A stretch of DNA of 63,094 nt, the filler included, from Cladosporium halotolerans (taxonomy: Eukaryota): the NCBI RefSeq assembly GCF_011745625.1. It is 19 parts of 19 records of this genome, joined end to end, with 100 filler letters (N's around TTAATTAATTAA, not from the genome) between each part and the next. Parts side by side here need not be neighbours in the genome. Positions count along the whole stretch, not along the records: positions 47,669 to 50,708 come from NW_027191732.1; positions 50,809 to 53,835 come from NW_027191733.1; positions 53,936 to 56,948 come from NW_027191734.1; positions 57,049 to 60,028 come from NW_027191735.1; positions 60,129 to 63,094 come from NW_027191736.1; 14 more parts are not named here. One strand, written 5' to 3'. Below are positions 49,997 to 61,116 of this stretch, piece by piece. Position 1 is the first letter of the stretch. The number at the start of each line of letters is the position of its first letter. A program made the position numbers and the translations under genes. The notes under the pieces were generated by a model, which was given only the letters and a program-made list of their open reading frames with translations, did not search any database and was not told the origin of the DNA.

Positions 49997-50708
49997 TTAA
50001 CGGAGTTCATCAATAGATAGTCCGGAATTTCTGAAGTGCCCTTTTGCGCTCTTGACGTCACTCCCCACTAGACCAAGCGCCCATCTAAGAAAGTCCCCGA
50101 AACTTGGGAAGTCGTTTGCCCGTTTCCGCCAGTGACGACGGACGAACGCCTTGAGCTGAGAAAACAATTCTTCGATAGGATTCAAGTCAGGAGGATACGG
50201 TGATAGAAAGAGCAATATCACTCCGGCATCTTCGCAAAATTCTTTGATGGAAGACACTTGGTGGAAGGACGCGTTATCCATGACGAGAACGGAGCTCGGT
50301 TCGGGCCAGCGCCCGCACAGTGGCAGTAGCTCCCTGATAAAGTCCTCAAACACATCACCGTCGGTAGATCCTTGGAAGATCCGAGAATGCATGACACCGT
50401 TTTGTGTGTATGCGGGCAAGATCTGGTGCCGCTGCTCACGGTGGAACCTGGCAGTCTGAATGGCGGGCAGGCCTCGAGGCGCCCAGCCTGTGCGACGTAC
50501 GCCAGCCAGTGTATCACAACCAGATTCGTCCACGAATACAAGCTGATAGGACTTGTACTCAGAGAGCTCCTTCAGGCAAGCATCACGCAAATCGGCGTCT
50601 CTTTCGCGGGCTACCCTCTGCGTTTTCTTTTTCGACCAGTCACAGGCCTTCAGCGACCTTCGAATGCTGTCTTCGGAAATATTGAGTGCGAATTCATCCC
50701 AGATAAAA
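49997..50708 (-). CDS. Tc1/IS630-family DD34E transposase (5' end cut by the contig end)
   Basis: LVFVDESG, LVMDNASFH and PPDLNPIEE, with 34 residues between the second D and E. The frame is open to the contig end. Confidence 0.94.
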
Positions 50709-50808
50709 NNNNNNNNNNNNNNNNNNNNNNNNNNNNNNNNNNNNNNNNNNNNTTAATTAATTAANNNNNNNNNNNNNNNNNNNNNNNNNNNNNNNNNNNN
50801 NNNNNNNN

Positions 50809-51410
50809 CCGCGGGTACTTAGAGTCAGGTCAATTACCGACCGGCAGTTCCTCCCACATCTCGTGGGCTGATGGTCGTTATTATTGATGATGAGCCCGTG
50901 CCTCTCGATCAGTCGCTCCACGGTCCCGGCGTGCTGTCTCCCCGACACCCACGGATCCCACGCGGGACTGCGGGCGTTGAAGTCGCCAGCGAGAATAGTC
51001 CTGCTGTCAATCAGTCGCGACATGTCCACGCGGTCGATCGTATGTCCGCCACCCTGGACTCTGGCTCTGTTGTAGATGTTGATAAGCCTTGTCTTTCGAA
51101 CCTTCTTGCGATTCGTTGTCTCCCACACGTCCAGACACTGCACGTGAGGGCTGTCCACCAGGTCCGTCCTCTCCTCGAACACGTATCGGTTCAGCGCCTC
51201 ATTCCGGATTGCTAATGCTACTCTCGTGTCTTTCTTTGCGCATTCCGGCCACCGGATCTGAAATCCTGGATGACCGATCACATGTTTCTTCCCCACGTAC
51301 GGCTCCTGTAGGCACGCCACTTCCGCTCCTCTTTCGATGGCCGCCTCCAGCGCGGCTATCGTTGACACAGCCGTGCCGTTGCAGTTATGTTGTATCACTA
51401 TCATCATCAA
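50809..51410 (-). CDS. LINE ORF2 apurinic-like endonuclease (partial)
   Basis: QHNCN, CLQEP, NIYN, AGDFNA...W and SVIDLTL. Confidence 0.94.
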
Positions 51411-53082
51411 CAGACATGTGCGTCGGGTCGCTGGGTTCGAAGATCTGGGCCGCCTTCGCCACCATCTTGGTCCTCGGCCGGAGTTCTCTTGTCGGTCGGG
51501 GCGATGGTTCTGGTGTACTCATCTCTGAAGATATTGGGATCACCTGTGTTGGGATGTTTTCATCCGGGTCAGCGGGTGTCCTCCCCATTTCCATCTCATC
51601 TCCGCCCGTTGTGAGGTCCTCCACTTCTGCTGCCGATTTCATCGCTGGTGGGCTGCTGCGCATCTCGGCTTCCTTCTGCTGGCGTGACTGTCGGTTCGGT
51701 CGCTTTTCGGGGCACCGCGGCGATGTCGCCGTGTGTGGTCCTTTGCAGTTCGCGCATTTCGCCACTTGGTGTTCACATGGTGCTGACCTTTTGCTGCATC
51801 CTTCTGCTGTGCATTCGTGTTTGCTCCCTTCGTGGTCGCCTGCACATACAAAGCACTTTGGTTCTTCGGTACATTGGCCGAAGTGGTCTCGACCACAGCA
51901 GCGCATGCACATACCGCCTTCTCCTCGTTCCCAGAACCTCTCTGTCTCGTGGCGTCTGCCTCCGAAGGACAGTCCCTTTGCTAGGATCACATCCGCCGCC
52001 TTCTTGCTCTTCACGGTCAAGACCAGTGTTGACCTCTTGATATTTCCGCTTTCGTAGCGTTCGGCCAGGGTATCGCCTTTGATCCAACGCGGTGCGAAAG
52101 GCAAGTGCTCGCCTGTCATCAGCTCGATTTCCTCTCGTGCTACCTCTAGTCCGCCTTCGTTCATGTAGCGGTCCAGCGCGACGCCGTGGACCCTCAGCTT
52201 GAGCCACTTTTCCGTCTTTTCCATATAGGCGACCTCGGGGTCTAGCTTCTTCACCGCAGCCATCACAACCGCTGCGTACTTCAGTAGCTCGTCTGCACTT
52301 GCATTCTCGCTCAACACGCCGGTCAAGTTGCCCTTGTCCGTATATCCCATTTTGGTCAGTCTTACTGTCACATGGGCTCTCGCGTGGGCAAGAGCTTTAT
52401 TGACTTCAAACATGATGTCTCTAGGGTCGCAACTATGCGATTGCACATTTCTGACAAAGAGGACTCGGCGCTGGTCCCGCGGATGTTTCTTCAACTTTTT
52501 CTTGCCGTTCGTGACCGTGGTCCAGCCACCACTTGCTCCCGACTCTGTGATGTTGGCCCAGCTGGGCTGCGCCACTGGCGCCACTGGTGGACATGCTTGT
52601 CTGCTCGACGTTTGTGCTGTACCTCTCGGTAAAGCGCCACTTTTTGGTCGGGTGGAGATGCCTCCTGCCTCCTGCTTGAGTGTATACAACACTGCCATCA
52701 CCTCGTTCATGAGTTGCGTGAGTCGAATTCGCTCTTTCTTGATTTCTTCCACTTCTGCTCGGAACGACCGCACATCGTCCGAACAGGCAGCAGCGGCAAT
52801 GGCCTCATTGGGTACCTGCGAAGCTCTCGCAATGAGATCTCCGACCGCTTGTAGAAGAGCATTGTCTTGTATGCCGAAGGCAGAGTGTGTATCTGTCTTC
52901 CGCTTCTTCGGGCTCAGTGGTCTTGTGATCTGTCCCTCCCAGTTCTGCGATCCGACTGCTCGAAAATCAGGGGGCGAGGGCAGATGCTGGTTCTCAATTG
53001 GTTCGGGGGCTTCCCCGCGCGTCCCAGACCCTTGAACTTCACTCGAGGCTGGTCCTCCGCCACCTTTACTACGGGCTGACAT
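51385..53082 (-). CDS. LINE ORF1 (gag-like) protein
   Basis: Three Cys/His knuckles: CMRCCGRDHFGQC, CFVCAGDH and CANCKGPHTATSPRC. Confidence 0.92.
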   Translation of the reverse strand: MSARSKGGGGPASSEVQGSGTRGEAPEPIENQHLPSPPDFRAVGSQNWEGQITRPLSPKKRKTDTHSAFGIQDNALLQAVGDLIARASQVPNEAIAAAACSDDVRSFRAEVEEIKKERIRLTQLMNEVMAVLYTLKQEAGGISTRPKSGALPRGTAQTSSRQACPPVAPVAQPSWANITESGASGGWTTVTNGKKKLKKHPRDQRRVLFVRNVQSHSCDPRDIMFEVNKALAHARAHVTVRLTKMGYTDKGNLTGVLSENASADELLKYAAVVMAAVKKLDPEVAYMEKTEKWLKLRVHGVALDRYMNEGGLEVAREEIELMTGEHLPFAPRWIKGDTLAERYESGNIKRSTLVLTVKSKKAADVILAKGLSFGGRRHETERFWERGEGGMCMRCCGRDHFGQCTEEPKCFVCAGDHEGSKHECTAEGCSKRSAPCEHQVAKCANCKGPHTATSPRCPEKRPNRQSRQQKEAEMRSSPPAMKSAAEVEDLTTGGDEMEMGRTPADPDENIPTQVIPISSEMSTPEPSPRPTRELRPRTKMVAKAAQIFEPSDPTHMSVDDDSDTT

Positions 53083-53515
53083 GCCCGCCAGAAAGGCGCG
53101 CGAGATCTTGGTAGGGTGTACCTGGTCAGCTCGCTCAGTGCTCTAGAATGATACAAAAAATGACCTTGTCCGTGACAAAATCGAAAAAAAGTCCTCACTG
53201 TTGTTATCAGCTTATCATACGCTACTGTAACATCACCTAAAACAACCGCGGAAGGAGTGTGCTGCATACACGTTGTCAAATTGCAAATTGACAGTTATAT
53301 CCTGACAATGTTGGCTCTAGTGGGTCATCAGGCTAGATACGTTTTTGCGTGCGATCTACTTGCTCTTGTCGGTTTTTGAGGAGGAAAGTGGGCTGGTTGC
53401 AACAAAGCGCACGGGCGGGACTCCCACGTATTCCGCATACCAGGCGAAGTCCGCATACCGACCGCTTGTGCAATCTGTCCTACTTTAGAAACTGTTTTGG
53501 TTCTCTCACGCGCCT

Positions 53516-53835
53516 TTGAAGAGGCATAACACCGAGCAGACTAGGGACTCACTCTATAGCATGTCGCAAATCACATCAAGCGTACCGGAAAATGTCACCC
53601 AGCCGTTTGTCACATCTTTCAACGCAACCGACGCTGGCGTGCGAAGGGACTTCTGGAGACTGTTCCCGAAGACCAGGGAGTCTTATGACATAGGAAAACA
53701 GCAAGAGGTACTCAAGGAGTCGTTGGGCTCTAGCATTTGGAAGCGGCTTGGTAAGCCATGGTTCAGGCAGGACGCTGTGACTGGACTGGTCTACCGCAAG
53801 TCACCAGGGAGTCAATCCAAGCCGATGGGCCGGAT
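53516..53835 (+). pseudogene. Partial copy of the hypothetical gene at 60304-60759
   Basis: Near-identical translation (TEQTRDSLY...RLGKPWFRQDAVTGLVYRKS); cut by the contig end. Confidence 0.6.
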
Positions 53836-53935
53836 NNNNNNNNNNNNNNNNNNNNNNNNNNNNNNNNNNNNNNNNNNNNTTAATTAATTAANNNNNNNNN
53901 NNNNNNNNNNNNNNNNNNNNNNNNNNNNNNNNNNN

Positions 53936-56900
53936 CAGTGATGTTGTTGGGTCGGTTCTTATTGGTGCGGTGCTGGTTTGGTTGGTGCTGGCTGGTGCTG
54001 GTTCGACTTGATCTGTAAGTGGTTGGTAGTGGTTGTAGCATCTATAACCAACCGGTTAACCATTACCCAATCAGGCAAGTGCCTTGTTGTGGTGTACCGT
54101 GCGGTGAATGGTGGATTAAGCGAGTTTGGCAGACAAAGTGGGGGGCTGCGCGTCGTTCTGACGCGCTTTGGTGCAGATCTCGTGTCCGGCTTGTTTGTCC
54201 TCGTCACCACAGCGACGAAACCAACATCCATACATCGACTTATGCTATGGACGCATTCTTGAACGCATTTAAGACAGCAGAAGCTAAGGTGCATCTCGAT
54301 CCTACCAATCCACTATCGGCGCAACAGGCGGAGCCGTTCAAGATCAATGGCATCGAATACCGGCGCAAGGCCAACATTGCGAAAGAAGCAAAAGCGCGCG
54401 AGCGCGTGAAGAGCTCGAGAGTCTATGACCATGGCGAGGTCATCGTTGCGGTAGCGACTCGCAAGGAACACTTTTATTGCTACCTGTGCGAACGCACGAT
54501 GAAGCAGTGTATACGATCATTCCATGGGACCTCGTCGGCACGAGAACATCTTGAGCAGGCGCACAAGATCGGGAAAGACGGTCAGCCTGTCGAAGAGGGC
54601 AACCATAGTATCTTGAAGTGCCAACAACACGCTGAGCTCGTTCATGTTGCACATTTCAAGCGATTCAAAGAGCAGCTTATCATGTGGATTATTCACTGCC
54701 ACATTGCCTTGTCAATGCTGGAGAACGCCTTTTTCAGGGACCTTTTGATGCTCATGAATACTAGTCTCGCTAAACTACTACCCTACGCGAGATCCACTCT
54801 GCGAAAGTGGATATTTGCTGATTTCGAAGAGCGCAAGAAGATCGTTCAGGCCGAGCTCTCTTCTGCTGTCAGCAGCATTCACATATCATTCGACATCTGG
54901 ACGTCCCCAAATTTCTTCTCCATCATCGCTGTGTACTCGCACTTTGTGGACAGGCATGGTAAAAGACAGCGTCGCTTGCTTGCCTTTCGAAGGATCACAG
55001 GCAAGCACACAGGCGAAAACATCGCGGCCGTGCTGATTGAGGTTGTTAAGGGTTGGAACATAACGGCGAAGCGTGTTGGGTGGTTCATGAGCGACAACGC
55101 CAAGAACAACGACACCGCTGTGGATATCGCCCTACAAACGCTGTGCCCTTATCTCAGTGTTCATCAACGCAGGGCTAGACGTCTCCGATGCTTTGGACAT
55201 ACCTGCAATCTAATAGCAAGAGCAGTGTTGCTTGGCAAAGGTGCGGGCAAAACCTTGGGTGAGCTCGAGCTAAAAGCGCGCAAGGGCGCTTTTGACGCCG
55301 TAGACAAGGTCTGGCGTGCTTTCGGTGGCCTGGGTCGACTACACAACATCATACGGTACATCCGAGCCTCACCCATGCGCCGCGAGGAGTTCAGCAACGT
55401 TAAAGGTCGCAAGCAATGGTCTGAGTTCGATGATCTCGAGGTAAGCTGTAATTCATTTACCAGGCTTGAATTGGGCATTTTCCTTGTCATTCCCGAAGCT
55501 ACTACAGGCACCGATTGTGAACTCCCACTAGCGCGAGTTCGACCTCCGACACTGTCACATTCCGTGCGACTCTGCCCCGTTGAGGCTTCGTAGTGCCGCG
55601 GTTTGCAGACTCTATCATGTCATACCTTTTCCGAAATGTTGTCTCCGACACGAGAGCTTTGAAGGATACGAAGACATCACTGGGCTCTACTGACATCGAC
55701 CATCTCGAAGCTCATTGCCGATAACACGACACGCTGGACCTCGTTTTTCGAGGCTTTAAAACGAGCATTGAACCTAAGAGATCGCATTGAACGGTTCTGT
55801 AAAAATCACAAGCCTGTGAAGGGCGAATGTGGTCTGAAAGACGATCTACTAAGCCGTAACCACTGGCATCAAATTGAGCGAACGCACGATGTGCTGACCT
55901 ATTTCAACGTGGCTCTGCTATATGGCGAAGGCCACAACGGCTATCTCAATCAGTGGTACCGTATGCTCCATTGGCTCATCAATGAGATCACTGTGATACA
56001 GGACGACCTGGCAACCGACGCCGCTTCCGACAGCTCTTTCGAGTATCTACGGCGAAACCTCGACCAGGCTCACGACAAAGCACTCAAGTACTTTCGGCTC
56101 TGCGATGATGCGCCCATCTACTTTGCCTCCGTCCTTTTGGATCCGTCTGTCAAACAACGCTTCTTTCAGAAGTTGTGGCCAGATTGGAGCAGAAGTGATA
56201 GCATAGGCCAGCAATACTACCGTGATGTCAACAGATGGTCACGAGAGCTTTGGGAGCAGGAGTACAAAGTCGATGCTACGCAGGAAATCATGTCTTCTGT
56301 CCCGGCCAAGAGGTCATACGAGGACAGCATTAGCGATAGGATGTTCGAATTTATGAACGGCAATGCGGACATGGGGCTTCAGGTATCACAGGAAGCTGAA
56401 GACGAGCTCCAGCAATATCTTGGTACTGATCCGGTGCCTTTTGTCGCGCAGTGCGGCTATGACAACCCGAAGATCAAGGTCTTCGATTCTTTGCAGTGGT
56501 GGTTCGAGCGACGCCAACAATATCCTGCACTCTCGAGGCTGGCTTTCGACTGCTGCGCAATACCACTGATGAGCGACGATTGCGAGCGCGCATTCAGCTC
56601 CGCGCGGGACCTTATCACCTACCGTCGTAACAGCCTCAAATGCGATCTGATTGAGGTCCTCGAGCTCGTGCGACAATGGTTGGGAACACCGGCACCGCGG
56701 CGTATGAAGAACAAGGATGATATCGATGTTGATGTCAGTCCATTTGATGCGCAGGAGGCTATCGAGGCTGACTACTACGACGCGCAGGCATGATGGACAG
56801 TCTTAATATGATTTTCTCAATATTTTGACATAATTTTCCTGATTCGGTCATGGTTCACCATCTGGTCAAATGGTTCTTACATGTCGAGTTGCCGGTTGGT

Positions 56901-56948
56901 GTCGGTTTGACCACAGAACCAGCACCAACCGAACCAATAACAGCACTG
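53936..56948 (+). mobile_element. Full-length hAT transposon (family 4)
   Basis: Imperfect 22-bp TIRs CAGTG(A/C)TGTT(G/A)TTGG(G/T)TCGGTT at both contig ends, with GGTT/GGTGCTGG subterminal repeats. Confidence 0.94.
54247..56793 (+). CDS. hAT transposase with a 270-nt phase-0 intron (55441-55710)
   Basis: FYCYLC...HLEQAH, SFDIWTS, SDNAKNND and CFGH. The GTAAGC...ACTGAC...AAG intron gives DLE|LIADNTTRW in frame, followed by DCERAFS. Confidence 0.92.
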
Positions 56949-57048
56949 NNNNNNNNNNNNNNNNNNNNNNNNNNNNNNNNNNNNNNNNNNNNTTAATTAA
57001 TTAANNNNNNNNNNNNNNNNNNNNNNNNNNNNNNNNNNNNNNNNNNNN

Positions 57049-57273
57049 ATGGAGGAGTTGGCAGAGGCTTACCAGGGTTTACGCAGCTGGTACTCGGAAG
57101 GACTACTGTGATGGACATAAGCTTCTTACACTCCCGAGCACCCGGGATGACCGTGCACCGAACGAACGACGAACATCCGAGTGGACCCTGAACAAATGAA
57201 CAAAACCTGTCCAAGAAGCCGAACGAACGAGCACTACGCCTGTTCGGTGTTCGTTTGTTCATTGCCCACCCTG
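57049..57273. mobile_element. hAT-like terminus (family 5)
   Basis: GAAC/GTTC subterminal arrays ending in ...TTGCCCACCCTG (reverse complement CAGGGTGGGCAA). Confidence 0.65.
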
Positions 57274-57328
57274 TCTACTTCTAAGAGCCGACGTCACTTG
57301 CTTTACCAATCTCCATCGATTCCAGCAG

Positions 57329-58024
57329 ATGTGGTTTCAGCGCTTCTGGAGCTTCTTTGGTTGGCTGTCGATACCACTATTCGCACCAGACATTGAAGCA
57401 ACCCTGGCCTCAGCCCACGGTATTGTCCTCGACGTGGGAAGCGGCGCGGGAGACTGGCTTTACGCATTGAGTCCACGCAGGAATCCGAACATCTCTAAGG
57501 TGATCCTTCTCGAGCCAAATGCTCATTTCCATGCTCGCTTACGACTAAGCGCCCAGGAAAACGGCTTAGCTGGCAGGTACGAAATAATCGGTTGCCGGGC
57601 AAAAGATCCCGAGCACGAAGGCATTCAACTACAGACCATCGACACAATCGTCACAGTCCACGTACTATGCAGTGTACCTTCACCACAGCAAGTTGTTGGT
57701 GAGCTGTACAACTTCCTCAAACCTGTCGGTCGATGGCTCGTGTATGAACACGTTCGCTCAAACCGAGCACCAGCAGCTGCATGGCAACGTAAGCGATCGC
57801 TCCCATCCAACGCGCAAACTGTCACTAACTTAGTAACGGCAGAGATCATCAACTCCGTCTGGCCGTTTTTCCTAGATGGTTGCAGCCTCACATGCGAGAC
57901 GGAAAAGTATTTGCTTTCCGCAGGTCAATGGGAGAATGTGAAACTTGGTAACGGATCTGGCGAAGGCTACTTCAATCAGCTCCCGCATACGGTTGGTAGC
58001 CTAACGAAAAGTTTAAGTAAATAG
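57329..58024 (+). CDS. METTL7-like class I SAM methyltransferase (intron 57789-57842; 5' exon probably missing)
   Basis: GIVLDVGSGAG, LEPN, IDTIVTVHVLCSVP, LKPVGRWLVYEHV and LDGCSL. Confidence 0.85.
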   Translation: MWFQRFWSFFGWLSIPLFAPDIEATLASAHGIVLDVGSGAGDWLYALSPRRNPNISKVILLEPNAHFHARLRLSAQENGLAGRYEIIGCRAKDPEHEGIQLQTIDTIVTVHVLCSVPSPQQVVGELYNFLKPVGRWLVYEHVRSNRAPAAAWQRKRSLPSNAQTVTNLVTAEIINSVWPFFLDGCSLTCETEKYLLSAGQWENVKLGNGSGEGYFNQLPHTVGSLTKSLSK

Positions 58025-58596
58025 ATCCATATATAATTAGACAGTCATTGGAAGCATTGGATTTCGCGTATTGATTTGGCCAAATGTCCCACAGTCCTTC
58101 AGATCTCAACTTGGCAGTCTGAAGCACTTCGTTAGGCTCAAAGGGAGCTGTCCTCCAATCCAAATCTGGATAATAAAGATGTTCATGGTTTACACAAGGC
58201 AAGCTTGCGAGTATGTGACTAACCCTCACCCCGTAACTGACGAAACACATTCGGCTTTTCATGTCTAGCACTTAGAACAAGTATGTTGTCGGCATCGAAC
58301 CGTCATTGTCCCTGCGATCTCAAGACGTAGTCTTGACATGTTTGCCCTACGGACTTCAATTCCACATCTTATACCCGCAATTTAAAGGCGTAATCTCGAC
58401 AGGTCAGTCCCGCAGCCTTCAACCCCACTTCACTATCCGAGATTGGATGGAGCTTCTAGGGTTGTGTCACATATCCGAAGGACTGGCTTGGCATGCCATT
58501 CTGAAATAAACAATTTTTCGCCTCCTGCCCGTTCATTACTCACATAATCCAACGCACGATTTAGAGGACGTGATCCATCAGATCTCCGATACTAAG

Positions 58597-59547
58597 ATGC
58601 CAGAAGGAAGGCTAATTAGCGCGTTTTCTAGATGGTGAGAACCCAGTCGCGCTCAAGACAAACATGACCCAGGCTGACATGTTGCAATATAAGCACTCCA
58701 GATGCTCAAGCGTCCAGGTGGGACAACCTATGGAAGTCAGGGGAACAAGATTTGTGGGATCGCGGTCAGGCGTCCCCTGCACTGAGAGAATACCTGCAAA
58801 GTGACAACTGCCTCATCAAGGCCGTAGGTGAGCATTGCGGACGGCGTCGGAAAGCACTCGTACCAGTAAGAACTATGTCCACCTGGTGGGATTAAATGGC
58901 TTTCCTATTTACCTACATAACAGGCATGTGGCACTGGCTACGACGTCATGTTCCTTGCAAAGCTTGGATTCGACACTGTTGGCCTCGAAGTCTCCGCTCA
59001 GGCCGTAGACACGGCTAGAGGTTATGCCGCATCAGTCTCCGGTGTCGAAGGCAGGACAAAGGATATTAACTGGGGTAAGGTCGACTTCGTCCAAGGCGAT
59101 TTCTTCTCGCAAGACTGGGAATCCAACGTCCTCTCCGGAACTATGGGTTTTGACTTCGTATACGATTACACTGTAAGAACAGTTTTTCCAGGAAGAGTCA
59201 CTGACCACTAATTCGAATCTGAACAGTTCCTTTGTGCACTTCTGCCAGAGAGTAGGAAAGCCTGGGCGGACCGAATGGCCGAGTTGGTGAAGCCAGGCCG
59301 CTACCTTGTTTGTCTCGAGTTTCCCTTATGGAAAGAAAACCAAGCTGAAGGCCCCCCCTTCGGCTTGCAAGGCGTGTATTGGAATCTCCTGGCCGAAGGA
59401 GGTGACGGCAAGGTCGAACGCGAGCACATGGAGGATGATTCGTTGACTGGAAGTGGACAATTCACCAGAGTTCAACGCCTAAAGCCTTCAATTTCTTTCC
59501 CCCAAGGCAAGGGGACGGACATGATCAGTGTTTGGAAAAAGAAGTAG
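58597..59547 (+). CDS. TPMT-family thiol/halide methyltransferase, three introns
   Basis: RWDNLW...LWDRGQASPAL, KALVP|GCGTGYDV, GDFF, FDFVYDYT|FLCAL and LEFP...GPPFG. Confidence 0.9.
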
Positions 59548-60303
59548 ATTTGACACCCATAAATCAGTGCTCCCCCAGCATCCCTGGTCACATGTTTCTC
59601 TACCATACTAGCTCGTGAGTCACGCGAGTTTCTCCATCGAGGACAACTGAACTATGCACTACCTAGGCTGTAGATTCCAGCTGGCGACGTCAAAGTACTT
59701 GTCGCGATTAAGCGAACAGACCAACATGAGGGCTTTCGCTAGTGAAGTTTCTCGCGCAGCCGCGTGATGCTAGTGAATTACAAATTGTGGTGCCGATGTA
59801 ACAAGAGTGACGTCTCGGGGTCAGCGAGAGAACATCACGGCGTAGTAGCGACGCTACTTCGTCTCAGCTCGCGATTCCGATTTGATCACGCGACTGTAGC
59901 TCGGAGACACGCCGACCTCCTTCCAGCTGGTGATGATGATGAACTTTATTCCGCCCGGCGCTAAGCACCTAAAGGGCAACACTCTGTTTACGTCTAAAAG
60001 TCTACGTCCACCTTGAAGAGATTGAATCNNNNNNNNNNNNNNNNNNNNNNNNNNNNNNNNNNNNNNNNNNNNTTAATTAATTAANNNNNNNNNNNNNNNN
60101 NNNNNNNNNNNNNNNNNNNNNNNNNNNNCTAGTAGCCTGCGTACGACCGGTCGACAGTCCAAGCCAACTTCGACAATAGCTGTCTCCGTCGCATTGCAAT
60201 CGGCACACCTTTTTCTCATAAATCTCAGCTGATCTCGGTCGACTCCCGTGTACTTTGAAGCGATAGTCGAGTCAATGTCGTTTGGGTTTGTTGCTTTCTG
60301 AGT

Positions 60304-60759
60304 CTAACGTGTGCGAGCGAACATGCTCGATAGCCTGCTACAATCAGTCGCTGGGGCTTCGGAGAGTACAATTACAAGGCCTTCTTGGCTTACAGCGATA
60401 TCAAATTCATGCTCGTAGGGTACGCAAACCGTGATCCGGCCCATCGGCTTGGATTGACTCCCTAGTGACTTGCGGTAGACCAGTCCAGTCACAGCGTCCT
60501 GCCTGAACCATGGCTTACCAAGCCGCTTCCAATTGCTAGAGCCCAACAACTTCTTGAGTACCTCTTGCTGTTTTTCTATGTCATAATACTCCCTGGTCTT
60601 CGGGAACAGTCTCCAGAAGTCCCTTCGCACGCCAGCGTCGGTTGCGTTGAAAGATATGACAAACGACTGGGTGACATTTTCCGGTACGCTTGATGTGATT
60701 TGTGACATGCGGTAGAGTGAGTCCCTGGTCTGCTCGGTGTTCCGTTTCTTGGAAGGCAC
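60304..60759 (-). CDS. Hypothetical protein (duplicated at 53516-53835)
   Basis: 151-aa ORF conserved between two contigs; no family recognised. Confidence 0.55.
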   Translation of the reverse strand: MPSKKRNTEQTRDSLYRMSQITSSVPENVTQSFVISFNATDAGVRRDFWRLFPKTREYYDIEKQQEVLKKLLGSSNWKRLGKPWFRQDAVTGLVYRKSLGSQSKPMGRITVCVPYEHEFDIAVSQEGLVIVLSEAPATDCSRLSSMFARTR

Positions 60760-61116
60760 GTGGGGGAGACCAAAACAGTTTCTAAATTAGGACAGATTGC
60801 ACAAGCGGTCGGTATGCGGACTTTGCCTGGTATGCGTAATACGCGGGAGTTCCGCCTGTGCGCTTTGTTGCAAAGTGGGCAGAAAAATCTGCCTAAACCA
60901 GGCCACCTTTCTCTCCAAAACCGACAAGAGAAGCTTGGTCGCATGCATTTGTCTTTTGAGTCTTGAAGGAATGTTTTGAGCCTGATGACCCAATAGAGCG
61001 AATTCTGTCAGGAAGTTCTCGTCGATTTGCGATTTGACAGCGTGTGTGCAGCCCACCTCTTCCGCGGCTGTCAATTTACGTGATGGGAAGTACTCTGTTA
61101 TAACCGGAACTTCTAA

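Larger units (their letters stand above)
47669..50708. mobile_element. Tc1/IS630-like element (partial) carrying two convergent ORFs
   Basis: A repeated terminal-like 98-bp segment at the contig start, a partner ORF on + and a DD34E transposase on -. The second end is not in the contig. Confidence 0.65.
50809..53198 (-). mobile_element. Tad1-clade non-LTR retrotransposon (LINE), 5' part
   Basis: ORF1 with zinc knuckles overlaps ORF2, which begins with an AP endonuclease. Confidence 0.92.

Noticed and set aside
51089..53035. Long + strand ORFs (322 aa, 235 aa)
   Set aside because: Antisense shadows of the LINE ORFs; the same applies to antisense ORFs within the hAT transposases.
3499..60084. 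TTAATTAATTAA recurring at ~3.2-kb intervals
   Set aside because: Artificial six-frame stop linker embedded in Ns; not a biological repeat or CRISPR array.
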